Positions 26,898 to 37,096 of a stretch of DNA of 64,000 nt are shown here, one piece after another. The translations under genes and the position numbers were made by a program. Each line of letters begins with the position of its first letter. Positions within the stretch are counted from its first letter, which is position 1. The notes below the pieces were generated by a model that saw nothing but the letters and a program-made list of their open reading frames with translations, ran no database searches and was not told the origin of the DNA. This DNA comes from Candidatus Multivoradales bacterium. Its GTDB lineage: Bacteria; Acidobacteriota; Thermoanaerobaculia; Multivoradales; JAHEKO01. The stretch spans positions 2,208,001 to 2,272,000 of the forward strand of contig CBDCXM010000009.1 in NCBI GenBank assembly GCA_965223855.1. Direction: 5' to 3'.

Positions 26898-29426
26898 CTA
26901 CCCCTCTGTGCCGCCGCCTCCGCCCTCGTCCGGTGCCGGGCGCACGAAGCGCTCGAACAGCTCGTAGATCCGCCGGTACTCGTTGAGCCAGCTGCTCGGC
27001 TCGCGAAAGCCGTGCGGCTCGACCGGGAAGAGCGCCGTCTCGAAGCCGGTCTTCTCGAGCTCGATCAGCCGCTGCACCAGGCGCACGGTGTCCTGGAAGA
27101 AGACGTTGTCGTCGAGCATCGGGGCGCAGATCAGCAACGGCCTCTCGAGCCCGTCGGCGAACTCGATCGGCGACGAGCGCTCGTAGGCCTCCGGATCGAC
27201 TTCCGGCGTGTTGAGGATGTTCGAGGTGTAGGGGTGGTTGTAGTGCGCCCAGTCGGTAACCGGTCGCAGCGCCGCACCGGCGGCGAAGAGATCAGGGTCC
27301 TTGAAGAGCGCCATCATGGTCATGAAGCCGCCGTAGGAGCCGCCGTAGACGCCGACACGCGCCGGGTCGACCCCCTCGTTCTCCACCAGCCAGGCGACGC
27401 CGTCCTGCAGATCCTCGAGCTCCGGCGTGCCCATGCGGCGGTAGATGGCGGTCCGCCAGTCGCGCCCGTAGCCGGCCGAGGCGCGGTAGTCCATGTCGAG
27501 CACGACGTAGCCCCGCCGGGTGAGCAGGGTGTGGAACATGAACTCGCGGAAATAGCCCGACCACCCCTTGTGGGCGTTCTGCAGATACCCGGCGCCGTGG
27601 ACGAAGACGACCGCTGGGCGCTTCCCGCCGGGCGCGTCGCCGGTGGGCCGGTAGAGGCGCGAGTAGATCGGCCGGTCGACGTAGGACGACGGCACTTCGA
27701 CGATCTCGGGTTCGTTCCAGTTCACCTCGAGGAAGGCGTCGCTGATCGTCCGGGTCACCCGGCCGGCCGGCGCGCCGGGGGCGGCGTCCTGCACGTAGAG
27801 TTCGGGCGGCCGCGTGAGGCTCGAGTGCTCGATCAGCAGCCGCTCACCGGTCGGTGACAGCCGCGCCGAGTTGAGCCCGCCGAGCCGGGTGAGCTGCTCG
27901 GTCGCTCCACCCTCGACGGCCACCCGGTAGATCTCGTAGTCGCCCGGGTGATCGACGTTGGCGCGGAAGTAGATCTGCGAACCGTCGGGCGAGACCGCCG
28001 GCTCCGAGACCGCGAACTCGCCGGCGGCGAGGGTGCGGCGATCGCTGCCGTCGGCGCGGACCGTGTAGAGGCCCGACCATCCGTCCTCCTCGGAGAGGTA
28101 GTAAAGCGTCTCGTCGTCGGGCAGCCAGCCGAGCTCGTTGTAGCGCCAGTTGATCCAGCCGGGGTCGGTCAGCCGGTGGAGCAGCCGGAGCGTCGGCTCG
28201 CCCTCCCCGTCTCCCTCGGCCGGGGGATCGACCGTGACGATCCAGCGGTCCTTGTTGTCGTAGGCGCGCAGCGCGATCGCGACATGCTCGCCGTCGTCGC
28301 TCCAGGCGAGTGTCCAGACGTAGTTGGCGCGCGGCTCCGGCTGCTTCGGCTCATCGTCGTCGGAGGCCTTGCCCCCGTCGTCGCCGTCTCCCTTGTCGCT
28401 GCCGTCCTCGCCGTCCTCCGCGGCGTCCTTGCGCGCCTCGGCCGCCGCCTTGAGGTCGGCGAGCGGATCGTCGCGCATGCCGTCGAGGTCGCCGCGATCC
28501 AGCTCCCAGTGGCGATTCTGCTCGAGGTCGACCAGCAGCAGCCGCTCGTCGAACGGTTCGGCGCTGCCGACCTTGGGGCGTACGTCGCGCGTCTCGATGT
28601 GCCCGGAGTCGGTGACCCACACCGGCATCGGCGTCCGTTCACCACGATCGAGCGTGTCGGACACCACGCCGACGATCAGCCAACGGCCGTTGGGAGAGAG
28701 CAGGCTGGTCTCGATCTCGAGCCCCTTGCCGAGATAGGTCGGCAGCGGCGCGCGGGTCGGGTCGTCGCGTTGCTCGGTCTCGGCGCGCTCCTCGGCGTCT
28801 TCACGCTTCTGCTTCTGCTCGCTCAGGTAGGTGAAGAGTCGCTGCTGCTGCGCCTCGAGGTAGGAGGGATCCTCCTCTTCGACGTTCGGGTCGTCCTCCA
28901 GCCGCAGATCGGTCAGCTGGATCTCGAGACCGTCGGCGAGGCGGCGCAGGAAGTAGTTGTCCCCTTTGCGGTAGATCACGCCGTTGCCGTCGGCGTGAAA
29001 GCAGGGGTGCGTCTCGGCCTCCGCGGTGCGGGTGAGCTGGCGGATCGTGCCGGCGGCGAGATCCCGGACGTAAAGATCGCCGTGCCGCGCGTAGACCTTG
29101 AGATTCCGGTCGGGAGAGAGCCGGTCACCGTCGACATCCACGGCGCCCCGCTCGGCGTCCTCGATCCTGCGCACCTCGCTGCCGTCGAGACTCGAGTGGA
29201 AGAGGTCGATCGCCTCGGAGCCCTCGCGCTTGCGGTGGTAGTAGAACGACTCACCGTCGTCCGCCCAGTAGGCGTTCTCGGGGGCGCGGCCCAGCCAGTC
29301 CGGATGGGCCATGATCTTCTCGAGGCTGACGACGTCCTCGGCGCCCGCCGGCGCGGCGAGGAAGCCGGTCGAGCCCAGGGCGAGAGGGACGGCGAGAAGG
29401 AGGGCGGTGGTGAGAGTGCGCTTCAT
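26898..29426 (-). CDS. S9-family peptidase (DPP IV-like) with beta-propeller, secreted
   Basis: Signal peptide, SPDG propeller repeats, GGSYGG nucleophile, DDNV and HGF triad motifs. Confidence 0.93.
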   Translation of the reverse strand: MKRTLTTALLLAVPLALGSTGFLAAPAGAEDVVSLEKIMAHPDWLGRAPENAYWADDGESFYYHRKREGSEAIDLFHSSLDGSEVRRIEDAERGAVDVDGDRLSPDRNLKVYARHGDLYVRDLAAGTIRQLTRTAEAETHPCFHADGNGVIYRKGDNYFLRRLADGLEIQLTDLRLEDDPNVEEEDPSYLEAQQQRLFTYLSEQKQKREDAEERAETEQRDDPTRAPLPTYLGKGLEIETSLLSPNGRWLIVGVVSDTLDRGERTPMPVWVTDSGHIETRDVRPKVGSAEPFDERLLLVDLEQNRHWELDRGDLDGMRDDPLADLKAAAEARKDAAEDGEDGSDKGDGDDGGKASDDDEPKQPEPRANYVWTLAWSDDGEHVAIALRAYDNKDRWIVTVDPPAEGDGEGEPTLRLLHRLTDPGWINWRYNELGWLPDDETLYYLSEEDGWSGLYTVRADGSDRRTLAAGEFAVSEPAVSPDGSQIYFRANVDHPGDYEIYRVAVEGGATEQLTRLGGLNSARLSPTGERLLIEHSSLTRPPELYVQDAAPGAPAGRVTRTISDAFLEVNWNEPEIVEVPSSYVDRPIYSRLYRPTGDAPGGKRPAVVFVHGAGYLQNAHKGWSGYFREFMFHTLLTRRGYVVLDMDYRASAGYGRDWRTAIYRRMGTPELEDLQDGVAWLVENEGVDPARVGVYGGSYGGFMTMMALFKDPDLFAAGAALRPVTDWAHYNHPYTSNILNTPEVDPEAYERSSPIEFADGLERPLLICAPMLDDNVFFQDTVRLVQRLIELEKTGFETALFPVEPHGFREPSSWLNEYRRIYELFERFVRPAPDEGGGGGTEG

Positions 29427-29588
29427 GGTCGAACTCCTGTCGCGAACCTGGAGCGGCTCGCCGGGGAGGCCGAGCCCGTGGGTTGGTGTCGTCGGTGGAG
29501 GGGTGCGGTCGAGATCGCTACGATGCCACAGGACGGGGATCGCGGGTTTCAGTCCCGAGCGATTCGTTCCCGGAATCTACGCCACGCC

Positions 29589-30377
29589 ATGACCGACAGC
29601 CTCGACTTCAGCGATCACTTCTCCGGCCACGCCGAGCGCTACGCGCGCCACCGGCCGACCTATCCCGAGCCACTCTTCCGCTGGCTCGCCTCCCTCGCTC
29701 CGGCGTGCGGCCTCGCCTGGGACTGCGCGACCGGCAACGGTCAATGTGCCGTGGCACTCGTCGGGCACTTCGCCCGTGTCGTGGCGACCGATGCCAGCGA
29801 GAAGCAGCTCGCCGAGGCGACTCCCGTCGAAGGCGTCGAGTACAGGGTCGAAGCCGCCGAGCGGACCTCGCTCGACGACGGCAGCGTCGACCTGGTCACC
29901 GTCGCCCAGGCGCTCCACTGGTTCGACGTCGAGGCGTTCGGCAGGGAATTCCTCCGGGTCGCCCGCCCGGGGGCCGTCCTCGCCACCTGGAGCTACGGCC
30001 GCATGCGGGTCACGCCCGAGGTCGATCGAATCGTCGGCCGGCTCATGTACGAGCGCCTGGCCGGCGACTGGCCTCCCGAGCGTTCCCACGTCGAGAACGG
30101 CTACCGCGACCTCGCCCTGCCGATCGAGCCGATCGCCGCGCCGAACTTCGAGATGACCGCCGAATGGAGCTCCCGCCAGGCGCTCGACTACATCGGCACC
30201 TGGTCGGCGGCGCGCCGGTTCGCGACTCGCGAGGGCTTCGATGCGGTGGAGGAGGTGGAAAGCGAGTTGCGGAGAGCCTGGGGAGACGGCCTCAGGACGG
30301 TGCGCTGGCCGTTGGCGTTCCGGGTGGGAGCCGCAGCGCGGCCCGGCGCTACGGCGTCGCCGGCTCGATCGGGATGA
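29589..30377 (+). CDS. Class I SAM-dependent methyltransferase
   Basis: YA.HRPTYP, WDCATGNGQ, VTVAQALHWFD, YIGTWSA. Confidence 0.9.
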   Translation: MTDSLDFSDHFSGHAERYARHRPTYPEPLFRWLASLAPACGLAWDCATGNGQCAVALVGHFARVVATDASEKQLAEATPVEGVEYRVEAAERTSLDDGSVDLVTVAQALHWFDVEAFGREFLRVARPGAVLATWSYGRMRVTPEVDRIVGRLMYERLAGDWPPERSHVENGYRDLALPIEPIAAPNFEMTAEWSSRQALDYIGTWSAARRFATREGFDAVEEVESELRRAWGDGLRTVRWPLAFRVGAAARPGATASPARSG

Positions 30378-31260
30378 GTCCGGCCGCCCACCTGCCGACG
30401 GCGGCGAGGACCGCCTCGTCCTCGGGGCGGATCGAGTCGAAGTACGCCGGCGCCTCGTAGTAGGCCGCGAGGACCAACGGGGCACGCTCAGGCGGCCAGA
30501 CGACGGCGACATCGTTGTACTTGTTCGTCATCGTCTCGGCGACGCCCGTGCCGGTCTTGTCGCCGCTTCGCCACTCCTCAGGTAGTCCGGCCCGCAGGCG
30601 CCGACGGCCGGTACGAGTGGCGACCATCCACTCGGCGAGGGTCTCCCGTGAGGTGGAGGAGAGCAGGTCGCCGGTGACGAACCGGGCGACCGAGTGCGCC
30701 ATGGCGTGCGGCGTCGTGGTGTCCCGGACTTCGCCGGCCGGGACGAGGTTCATCTCCGGTTCGTAGCGGTCGAGGCGGGTGGTGTCGTCGCCGCTCTCGC
30801 GCAGCAGGCGGGTGAAGCCCTCGGGGCCGCCCAGGAGCTCGAGCAACAGGTTGGCGGCGACGTTGTCGCTCGTCACCTGGGTCGCCTCCGCCAGCTCGAG
30901 GACGGTCATGCTTCCCTGCTCGAGATGCTCGCTGGTGACCGGGGCGTAGAAGACCATGTCGCCGTCGTCGAACGGCACCGCCCGGTCGCCCGCGAGCCGT
31001 CCGGCGTCGATCTCGCGCAGGACCGCGCCGGCGAGGAGCACCTTGAAGGTCGAGCACATGCCGAAGCGGCGGTGGGCGCGATGGGTCGCCGTCTCTCCGG
31101 TGGCGGTGTCGAGCAGGCAGACTCCGAGCTTGCCGCCGGCCTTGGCTTCGAGCTCGGCCGGGGTCCGAGCGGGGGTCGGTGTGACGGTTTCGCCGAGGAG
31201 CCGGCTGGTCAGGGGCAGGCCGATGAGGCCCGAGACGAGAGCGCGGCGGGTGAGTTTCAC
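30349..31260 (-). CDS. Class A beta-lactamase with probable Tat signal
   Basis: STFK (S70), SDN, RYEPEMN (E166/N170), RDTTTP, DKTG; N-terminus LTRRAL; GTG start inferred. Confidence 0.93.
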   Translation of the reverse strand: MKLTRRALVSGLIGLPLTSRLLGETVTPTPARTPAELEAKAGGKLGVCLLDTATGETATHRAHRRFGMCSTFKVLLAGAVLREIDAGRLAGDRAVPFDDGDMVFYAPVTSEHLEQGSMTVLELAEATQVTSDNVAANLLLELLGGPEGFTRLLRESGDDTTRLDRYEPEMNLVPAGEVRDTTTPHAMAHSVARFVTGDLLSSTSRETLAEWMVATRTGRRRLRAGLPEEWRSGDKTGTGVAETMTNKYNDVAVVWPPERAPLVLAAYYEAPAYFDSIRPEDEAVLAAVGRWAAGLIPIEPATP

Positions 31261-31285
31261 GGCGTGCGGACGCGCGCGCTGCACC

Positions 31286-33082
31286 TCACGAGGCGGCCTC
31301 TTCGAGCGCCGCGACGACGCCGTCCTTCGTCAGCAGCTCGCCCAGCACCAGCGGCTCTCTGCCGGGGCGGTAGAGGAGGTAGAACGGGATGCCGTAGCGA
31401 CCGTGGTCGGCGAGGAACTGCGCGATCGCGTCGTCGCGGTTGGTCCAGTCGGCCTTCATCGCCACCACGCCGTGGCGCTCGAAGGCGGCATCGATCTCCT
31501 CGGTCTCGAGCACCAGCCGCTCGTTGACCTTGCAGGTGAAGCACCAGTCGGCGGTGACGTCGACGAACACCAGCCGCCCTTCGGCGGCGAGCGCCTCCGC
31601 CTCGGCGCGGTCGAAGGTCACCCAGTCGAGCAGGGCGACCGTCTCAGCCGCGGCGAGCTTGCGGCCGGCGTCGCGGCCGGAGGCGGCGAAGTAGAGCGCC
31701 GCGACGATCGCCAGCAGGGTGCCGACATGGGCGAACCGGCGACGCCCGCCCGGCCGGTTGGCGAGCCAGACGAAGAGCGCCATCGCCAGCAGCGCCAGTT
31801 GCAGGAAGGCGAGCCGCTCCGGCGGCAGCTGCGCGGCGAGCACGTAGAAGAGCCACACCGCGGCGGCGGCGAGCAGGAAGCCCATCACCGTCCTGAGCGT
31901 CGCCATCCAGGCTCCGGGCTTCGGCAGCACTCGCGCCGCGCCGGGGAACGCGGCCAGCAGCAGGTAGGGGAGCGCCATGCCGACGCCGACCGCCGTGAAG
32001 ACGGCGAAGATCACCGCCGGAGGCTGCGCGAGGCCGAAGGCGACGGCGGTGCCGAGGAACGGCGCCGAGCACGGCGTCGCCATCAGGGTGGCGAAGAAGC
32101 CGGAGGCGAGGTGTCCGGCGAGGCCCTCGCCGCCCCCGCCCCCACCGCGGGCCAGCCACGAGGGGAGCGGGATCTCGAACAGCCCCCACAGGTTGAGCGT
32201 GAAGAGGACGACGATGATCGCCAGCGCCGCGACGAAGGTCGGCTCCTGGAACTGCACCCCCCAGCCGACCGCCGCGCCTGCCGACTTGGCGAGCACGGCG
32301 GCGGCGGCGAGCGCCCAGAACGACAGCAGGATGCCGAGCGCGGTCGACAGAGCTCCCAGGGTGACGTGGCGCCGCCCGTCGCCGGCGCTCTTCACCAGCC
32401 CGAGGACCTTGAGCGACAGCACAGGCAGCACGCACGGCATCGCGTTGAGGATCAGGCCGCCGAGGACCGCCAGCATCAGGATCCAGCCGAGGCTGGGGTC
32501 GGACCCTCCGGAACCGCCGGAGGCTGCGACCGGGGAGGCATCCGCAGCGCGCGGCAGCGCTCCCTCGATGGGAGTGCCGCCCGCGCCCACCGTCAGTGCG
32601 ACGCTCTGTCGGCTGGTCACCGGCGCGAGGCAGGAGCGGTCGTCGCACGCCTGGTAGGTGAGGGCGACCGCGGCCTCGTAGTCGCCGTTGGTGGCGGTCG
32701 GCGGCACGGTGAAGCGGACGAGGATCGCCACCTCCCCCTCGTAGACCGACAGCGGCTGCTCTTCGAAAGCGAAGGTGGCGAGCTTGCCCGGCGGGTAGTC
32801 GATGCCGTCGAGGGTCCACCCTTCCGGCAGATCGACCCTGGCCTCGGTCGGGATGAGGTACTCGAAGGTCGGCTGGTGGCTGTTGGTGTGCCAACCCTCC
32901 TCGATCGTCATCCAGACGCCGATCGCGCCGGAGCTGCCGGCGTCGAAGGCGGTCGCCTCGGGAGCCGCACGCACCGTCGCCTTCTCGACGAGGAAACTCT
33001 GCGCTCCCAGCAGGGTCGCGACGAGGGTGAGGGGGACGAGCGCGAGGGCTCGGGCGAGCAGGCGGCGGAGCACGGCGGACAT
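31286..33082 (-). CDS. dsbD: DsbD-like thiol:disulfide interchange protein
   Basis: N-terminal YQACDDRSC, TM domain LNAMPCVLPV and ATPCSAP, C-terminal thioredoxin WCFTC. Confidence 0.9.
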   Translation of the reverse strand: MSAVLRRLLARALALVPLTLVATLLGAQSFLVEKATVRAAPEATAFDAGSSGAIGVWMTIEEGWHTNSHQPTFEYLIPTEARVDLPEGWTLDGIDYPPGKLATFAFEEQPLSVYEGEVAILVRFTVPPTATNGDYEAAVALTYQACDDRSCLAPVTSRQSVALTVGAGGTPIEGALPRAADASPVAASGGSGGSDPSLGWILMLAVLGGLILNAMPCVLPVLSLKVLGLVKSAGDGRRHVTLGALSTALGILLSFWALAAAAVLAKSAGAAVGWGVQFQEPTFVAALAIIVVLFTLNLWGLFEIPLPSWLARGGGGGGEGLAGHLASGFFATLMATPCSAPFLGTAVAFGLAQPPAVIFAVFTAVGVGMALPYLLLAAFPGAARVLPKPGAWMATLRTVMGFLLAAAAVWLFYVLAAQLPPERLAFLQLALLAMALFVWLANRPGGRRRFAHVGTLLAIVAALYFAASGRDAGRKLAAAETVALLDWVTFDRAEAEALAAEGRLVFVDVTADWCFTCKVNERLVLETEEIDAAFERHGVVAMKADWTNRDDAIAQFLADHGRYGIPFYLLYRPGREPLVLGELLTKDGVVAALEEAAS

Positions 33083-33151
33083 CGGCGGGGAGGATCGTAG
33101 CAGGGCGGAGTCGTTGTATTCTCCCCGCTCGGCCCCGTGCCGCCCCTCCTC

Positions 33152-34348
33152 ATGAGACTTTCCCGACGCGCCCGAGGAATCGGTGAATCCGCCACGCTGG
33201 GAGTGGCCCGCAAGGCGCGTGAGCTGCGGCAGCGCGGCGAGCCGGTGATCGACCTGAGCGCGGGCGAACCCGACTTCCCGTCGCCGCCGGTGGCGGTCGA
33301 GGCCGCCCGGCAGGCGCTGGCGGACGGCTTCACCCGCTACACGCCGGCCGCCGGCATCCCGGCGTTGCGCGAGGCGCTCGCCTCCAGATACCGCGATGAC
33401 TTCCGGGCGCCGTGGAAGGCAGAGGACGTGATGGTCTCGGTGGGCGGCAAGGGGGCGCTGTTCGAGCTGGCACTCGCCATCCTCGACGACGGCGACGAGG
33501 TCGTGCTCCCTTCGCCTTACTGGGTCAGCTTCCCCGAGCACATCCGCTTCTGCGGCGCAGTGCCGGTGACCGTCCCCACCCGCGTGGAGGACGGCTTCCG
33601 CATCCACGCGGCGCCGATCGTCGAGGCGCTCGGTGAGCGCACCCGCATGGTGCTCCTCAACTCGCCGTGCAACCCGACCGGCGGCATCGTCGGCGCCGAG
33701 GAGCTGAGGACGATCGTCTCGGCGGCGGCTGAGCGCGGCATCCTCGTCCTCGCCGACGAGACCTACGAACACTTCGTCTACGGCGACGAGCCGTTCGCCA
33801 GCGCCGCCGCGCTGGCGGCCGAGTTTCCCGAGACGGTGATCCTGTGCGGCTCGTTCTCGAAGACCTACGCCATGACCGGCTGGCGGCTCGGCTACGCCTT
33901 CGCTCCGCCGGAGGTGCTCGGCGCGGCGCTCGACATCCAGAGCCACGCCACGTCCAATCCGACCTCGTTCGCGATGGTCGGCGCGGTGGCGGCGCTCGAG
34001 TCGGCGGGGCCGGACGTCGAGGCGATGGTGGCCGAGTTCCGGGAGCGTCGCGCACTCGTCAGTACGGCGCTCGACGAGATGCCCGGGGTCGCCTGTCGTC
34101 CGCCGGACGGAGCCTTCTACGTCTTTCCCGACGTCGCCGACTGTTTCGCTCCAGGGCGGAACGGCTCGGTGGAGCTGTCTGAGTACCTGCTGGAAGAGGC
34201 CAGGGTCGCCGTAGTGCCAGGAGTCGCCTTCGGTGCCGACGAGCACATCCGCCTGTCGATCGCCGCTTCGCGCGACGATCTGCGCGAGGGGCTCGACCGG
34301 ATCGCCGGAGCCCTCAGCCGCCAGAGACCCGAGCCCCTGAGTCGCTGA
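33152..34348 (+). CDS. PLP-dependent class I aminotransferase (aspartate aminotransferase-like)
   Basis: GEPDF, NSPCNPTG, DETYE, SFSKTYAMTGWRLGY, GAFY. Confidence 0.93.
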   Translation: MRLSRRARGIGESATLGVARKARELRQRGEPVIDLSAGEPDFPSPPVAVEAARQALADGFTRYTPAAGIPALREALASRYRDDFRAPWKAEDVMVSVGGKGALFELALAILDDGDEVVLPSPYWVSFPEHIRFCGAVPVTVPTRVEDGFRIHAAPIVEALGERTRMVLLNSPCNPTGGIVGAEELRTIVSAAAERGILVLADETYEHFVYGDEPFASAAALAAEFPETVILCGSFSKTYAMTGWRLGYAFAPPEVLGAALDIQSHATSNPTSFAMVGAVAALESAGPDVEAMVAEFRERRALVSTALDEMPGVACRPPDGAFYVFPDVADCFAPGRNGSVELSEYLLEEARVAVVPGVAFGADEHIRLSIAASRDDLREGLDRIAGALSRQRPEPLSR

Positions 34349-34386
34349 AGCCCATCAACTCGAAGATCGCTGTCGGAGGAATCCAC

Positions 34387-36210
34387 ATGCCCAGACCTCT
34401 CATGACCCGCCTCGCAGGGTGCCTGACCGCACTGTGCTTCAGCTTTCCAGGCTTGACCGCCCCCCTCGCGGCGTCCGACGACGCTCCGACCGCCGAAGAG
34501 GCTCGCGCCTTCGTCGAGGAGGCCAACCGGCGCCTCGCCGAGGTCTCCGAAGAGGCGGCGCGTGCCGCCTGGGTGCAGTCGAACTTCATCACCGGCGACA
34601 CCGAGATCCTCGCCGCGCTCGCCAACGAGCGGGCGATCGCGGCGGCGATGGAGTACGCCACCGGCGCGGCGCGCTTCAACGACCTCGAGCTCGACGGCGA
34701 GACCCGCCGTCAGCTCGACCTGCTGCGGCTGGCGCTGACGATGCCGGCGCCCCGCGATCCCGAGGCGCTCAAGGAGCTGACGCAGATCGCCGCTTCGCTC
34801 GAGAGCCGCTACGGCGCGGGTCGCTACTGTCCCGACGGCGACGACTCCTGCCGCGACCTCGGTCAACTGTCGCAGACGATCGGTGAGAGCCGGGAGGTCG
34901 AGGAGCTGTTGGAGGCGTGGAGCGGGTGGCGGACGGTGTCGCCGGCGATGCGCGCCGACTACGAGCGCTTCGTCGAACTGTCGAACGCCGGCGCCCGCGA
35001 ACTGGGGTTCGCCGACACCGGGGCGATGTGGCGTTCGAAGTACGACATGGACCCCGACGCCTTCGCAGCCGAGCTCGATCGCCTCTGGGCGCAGGTGAAG
35101 CCGCTCTACGACGAGCTCCACTGCTACGTCCGAGGGCTCCTCCGGGAGACCTACGGCGACGCGGTCGATCCCGAGGGGCCGATCCCCGCGCATCTGCTGG
35201 GCAACATGTGGGCGCAGTCGTGGGGCAACGTCTACGATCTCGTCGCGCCGCCGGAGGAGGGGGAGGGCTTCGACCTGACGGCGGCGCTCCAGGCGAAGGG
35301 GGTCGACGCCCGCGGGATGGTGCGCTACGGCGAGGGCTTCTTCACCTCGCTCGGCCTCGACCCGCTGCCCGAGACCTTCTGGGAGCGGTCGCTTTTCACC
35401 CAGCCGCGGGATCGCGACGTCGTCTGCCACGCGAGCGCGTGGAACGTCGACAACGTCGACGACATCCGCATCAAGATGTGCATCAAGATCGACGCCGAGG
35501 ACTTCTCGACCGTCCATCACGAGCTCGGCCACAGCTTCTACCAGCGCGCCTACAACACTCTGCCGTTCCTCTACCGCGACTCGGCCAACGACGGTTTCCA
35601 CGAAGGGGTCGGCGACACCGTGGCGCTTTCGGTCACGCCGAGCTATCTCGTCGAGGTCGGGCTGCTCGACGAGGAACCTTCGGCCGACGCCGACCTCGGC
35701 GTCCTGATGCAGATGGCGCTCGACAAGGTCGCGTTCCTGCCGTTCGGCCTGCTGGTCGATCAGTGGCGCTGGAAGGTGTTCTCCGGCGAGATCGGGCCGG
35801 ACGCCTACAACGCCGGCTGGTGGGAGCTGCGTGAGCGCTACCAGGGTGTCGCGGCGCCGACCGCCCGCAACGAAGAGCAGTTCGATCCCGGAGCGAAGTA
35901 CCACGTCCCCGGCAACACCCCCTACACCCGCTACTTCCTCGCCCACATTCTCCAGTTCCAGCTTCACCGCTCGCTGTGCGACGCTGCCGGCTACGAAGGG
36001 CCGCTCCATCGCTGCTCGATCTACGGCAACGAGGCGGCGGGCGAGAAACTGATCGCACTGCTCGACATGGGCCTCAGCCGCCCGTGGCAGGACGCCCTCG
36101 AGGCGACCACCGGACAGCGCGAGATGGACGCCACCGCGATCCTCGACTACTTCGCTCCGCTGGCGACGTGGCTCGAGGAGCAGAACGACGGCGCTTCGTG
36201 CGGCTGGTGA
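34387..36210 (+). CDS. M2-family metallopeptidase (ACE/peptidyl-dipeptidase A-like), secreted
   Basis: IPAHLLGNMWAQ.W, VCHASAW, HHELGH, GFHEGVGD, FDPGAKYH.P...PY.RYF. Confidence 0.95.
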   Translation: MPRPLMTRLAGCLTALCFSFPGLTAPLAASDDAPTAEEARAFVEEANRRLAEVSEEAARAAWVQSNFITGDTEILAALANERAIAAAMEYATGAARFNDLELDGETRRQLDLLRLALTMPAPRDPEALKELTQIAASLESRYGAGRYCPDGDDSCRDLGQLSQTIGESREVEELLEAWSGWRTVSPAMRADYERFVELSNAGARELGFADTGAMWRSKYDMDPDAFAAELDRLWAQVKPLYDELHCYVRGLLRETYGDAVDPEGPIPAHLLGNMWAQSWGNVYDLVAPPEEGEGFDLTAALQAKGVDARGMVRYGEGFFTSLGLDPLPETFWERSLFTQPRDRDVVCHASAWNVDNVDDIRIKMCIKIDAEDFSTVHHELGHSFYQRAYNTLPFLYRDSANDGFHEGVGDTVALSVTPSYLVEVGLLDEEPSADADLGVLMQMALDKVAFLPFGLLVDQWRWKVFSGEIGPDAYNAGWWELRERYQGVAAPTARNEEQFDPGAKYHVPGNTPYTRYFLAHILQFQLHRSLCDAAGYEGPLHRCSIYGNEAAGEKLIALLDMGLSRPWQDALEATTGQREMDATAILDYFAPLATWLEEQNDGASCGW

Positions 36211-36253
36211 GGGTGACGGGCCTGCCGGACGCTCGACTCCGCGGCGCTGAAGG

Positions 36254-37090
36254 TTGAGCACCACCGGGCCTCGCGGGCCGTCGGGACTGCTGAGGACTGT
36301 CAGGCGGGTCGTTCGCGAGTGGCGACAGGGACGGGCGCGACGGCGGTTCCTGAAGCATCGCGGCAACGATCTCGAGGCTTTGCGCTGCCGCGTGTCCTAC
36401 AACCGCTACGGCGGGTACTGCGTTCCTGATTCCTCGGCCCATCGCCCCGCGGCCCGGCGGATCCTGGCGAGCGACGTCTACGAGCCCGACACGATCGAGT
36501 ACCTGCGCGCCAACTGCGGCCGGGGCGACATCGTTCATGCCGGCACCTACTTCGGTGACTTCCTGCCCGCTCTCTCGAGCGCGGTCGACGAGGAGGCACT
36601 GGTCTGGGCCTTCGAACCGAACCGTGAGAACTATCGCTGCGCGCGCGTGACCCTCGAGCTCAACGGCATTGGAAACGTGAGGTTGAGGAACGCAGGACTC
36701 GGCTCGAGGAGCGAGAGGCGCCCGTTCAGGGTGCGCGACGAGTTCGGTCGATCGCTCGGAGGTGCCAGCCGCCTTTCAGAGGTCGAGCAGGGCCGGGAAC
36801 CGGGCACGGAGCTCGTCGAACTCGTCGCCATCGATGACGTCGTGAGCGAAGACCGGCACGTCTCGTTGCTGCAGCTCGATGTGGAGGGGCACGAGAGAGA
36901 GGCGTTGATCGGCGCCCTGGGCCTCGTGGAACGCTGCCGCCCGGTGCTGGTCCTCGAGGATTTCCCGGGCAGCGGGCTCTTCGAGGGGGACTGGTTCGCC
37001 TCGTCGATCCTCAGCCTCGGCTACCGCCGCGAGCGCCGGCTCCACGGCAACGCCGTCTTCGCGCCGGAAACACCCGGCCACGCCGGCTGA
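36254..37090 (+). CDS. FkbM-family methyltransferase
   Basis: HAGTYFGDF, WAFEPN, LLQLDVEGHE...L.GA, RPVLVLE. Confidence 0.85.
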   Translation: MSTTGPRGPSGLLRTVRRVVREWRQGRARRRFLKHRGNDLEALRCRVSYNRYGGYCVPDSSAHRPAARRILASDVYEPDTIEYLRANCGRGDIVHAGTYFGDFLPALSSAVDEEALVWAFEPNRENYRCARVTLELNGIGNVRLRNAGLGSRSERRPFRVRDEFGRSLGGASRLSEVEQGREPGTELVELVAIDDVVSEDRHVSLLQLDVEGHEREALIGALGLVERCRPVLVLEDFPGSGLFEGDWFASSILSLGYRRERRLHGNAVFAPETPGHAG

Positions 37091-37096
37091 CCGGGC

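Noticed and set aside
26698-26900. tmRNA suggested by GGGGCTGA
   Set aside because: No GATTCGAC after the 5' stem, no T-loop or CCA end and no tag peptide visible
30349-31260. Carbapenemase-type class A enzyme because of Cys69 and the dsbD neighbour
   Set aside because: The residue at Ambler 238 is Gly (KTGTG), so the Cys69-Cys238 disulfide cannot form
30349-33150. Beta-lactamase as the target of the nearby BlaI/M56 pair
   Set aside because: The sensor lacks a penicillin-binding domain, and I saw no TACGAA-N4-TTCGT operator upstream of the bla gene or dsbD
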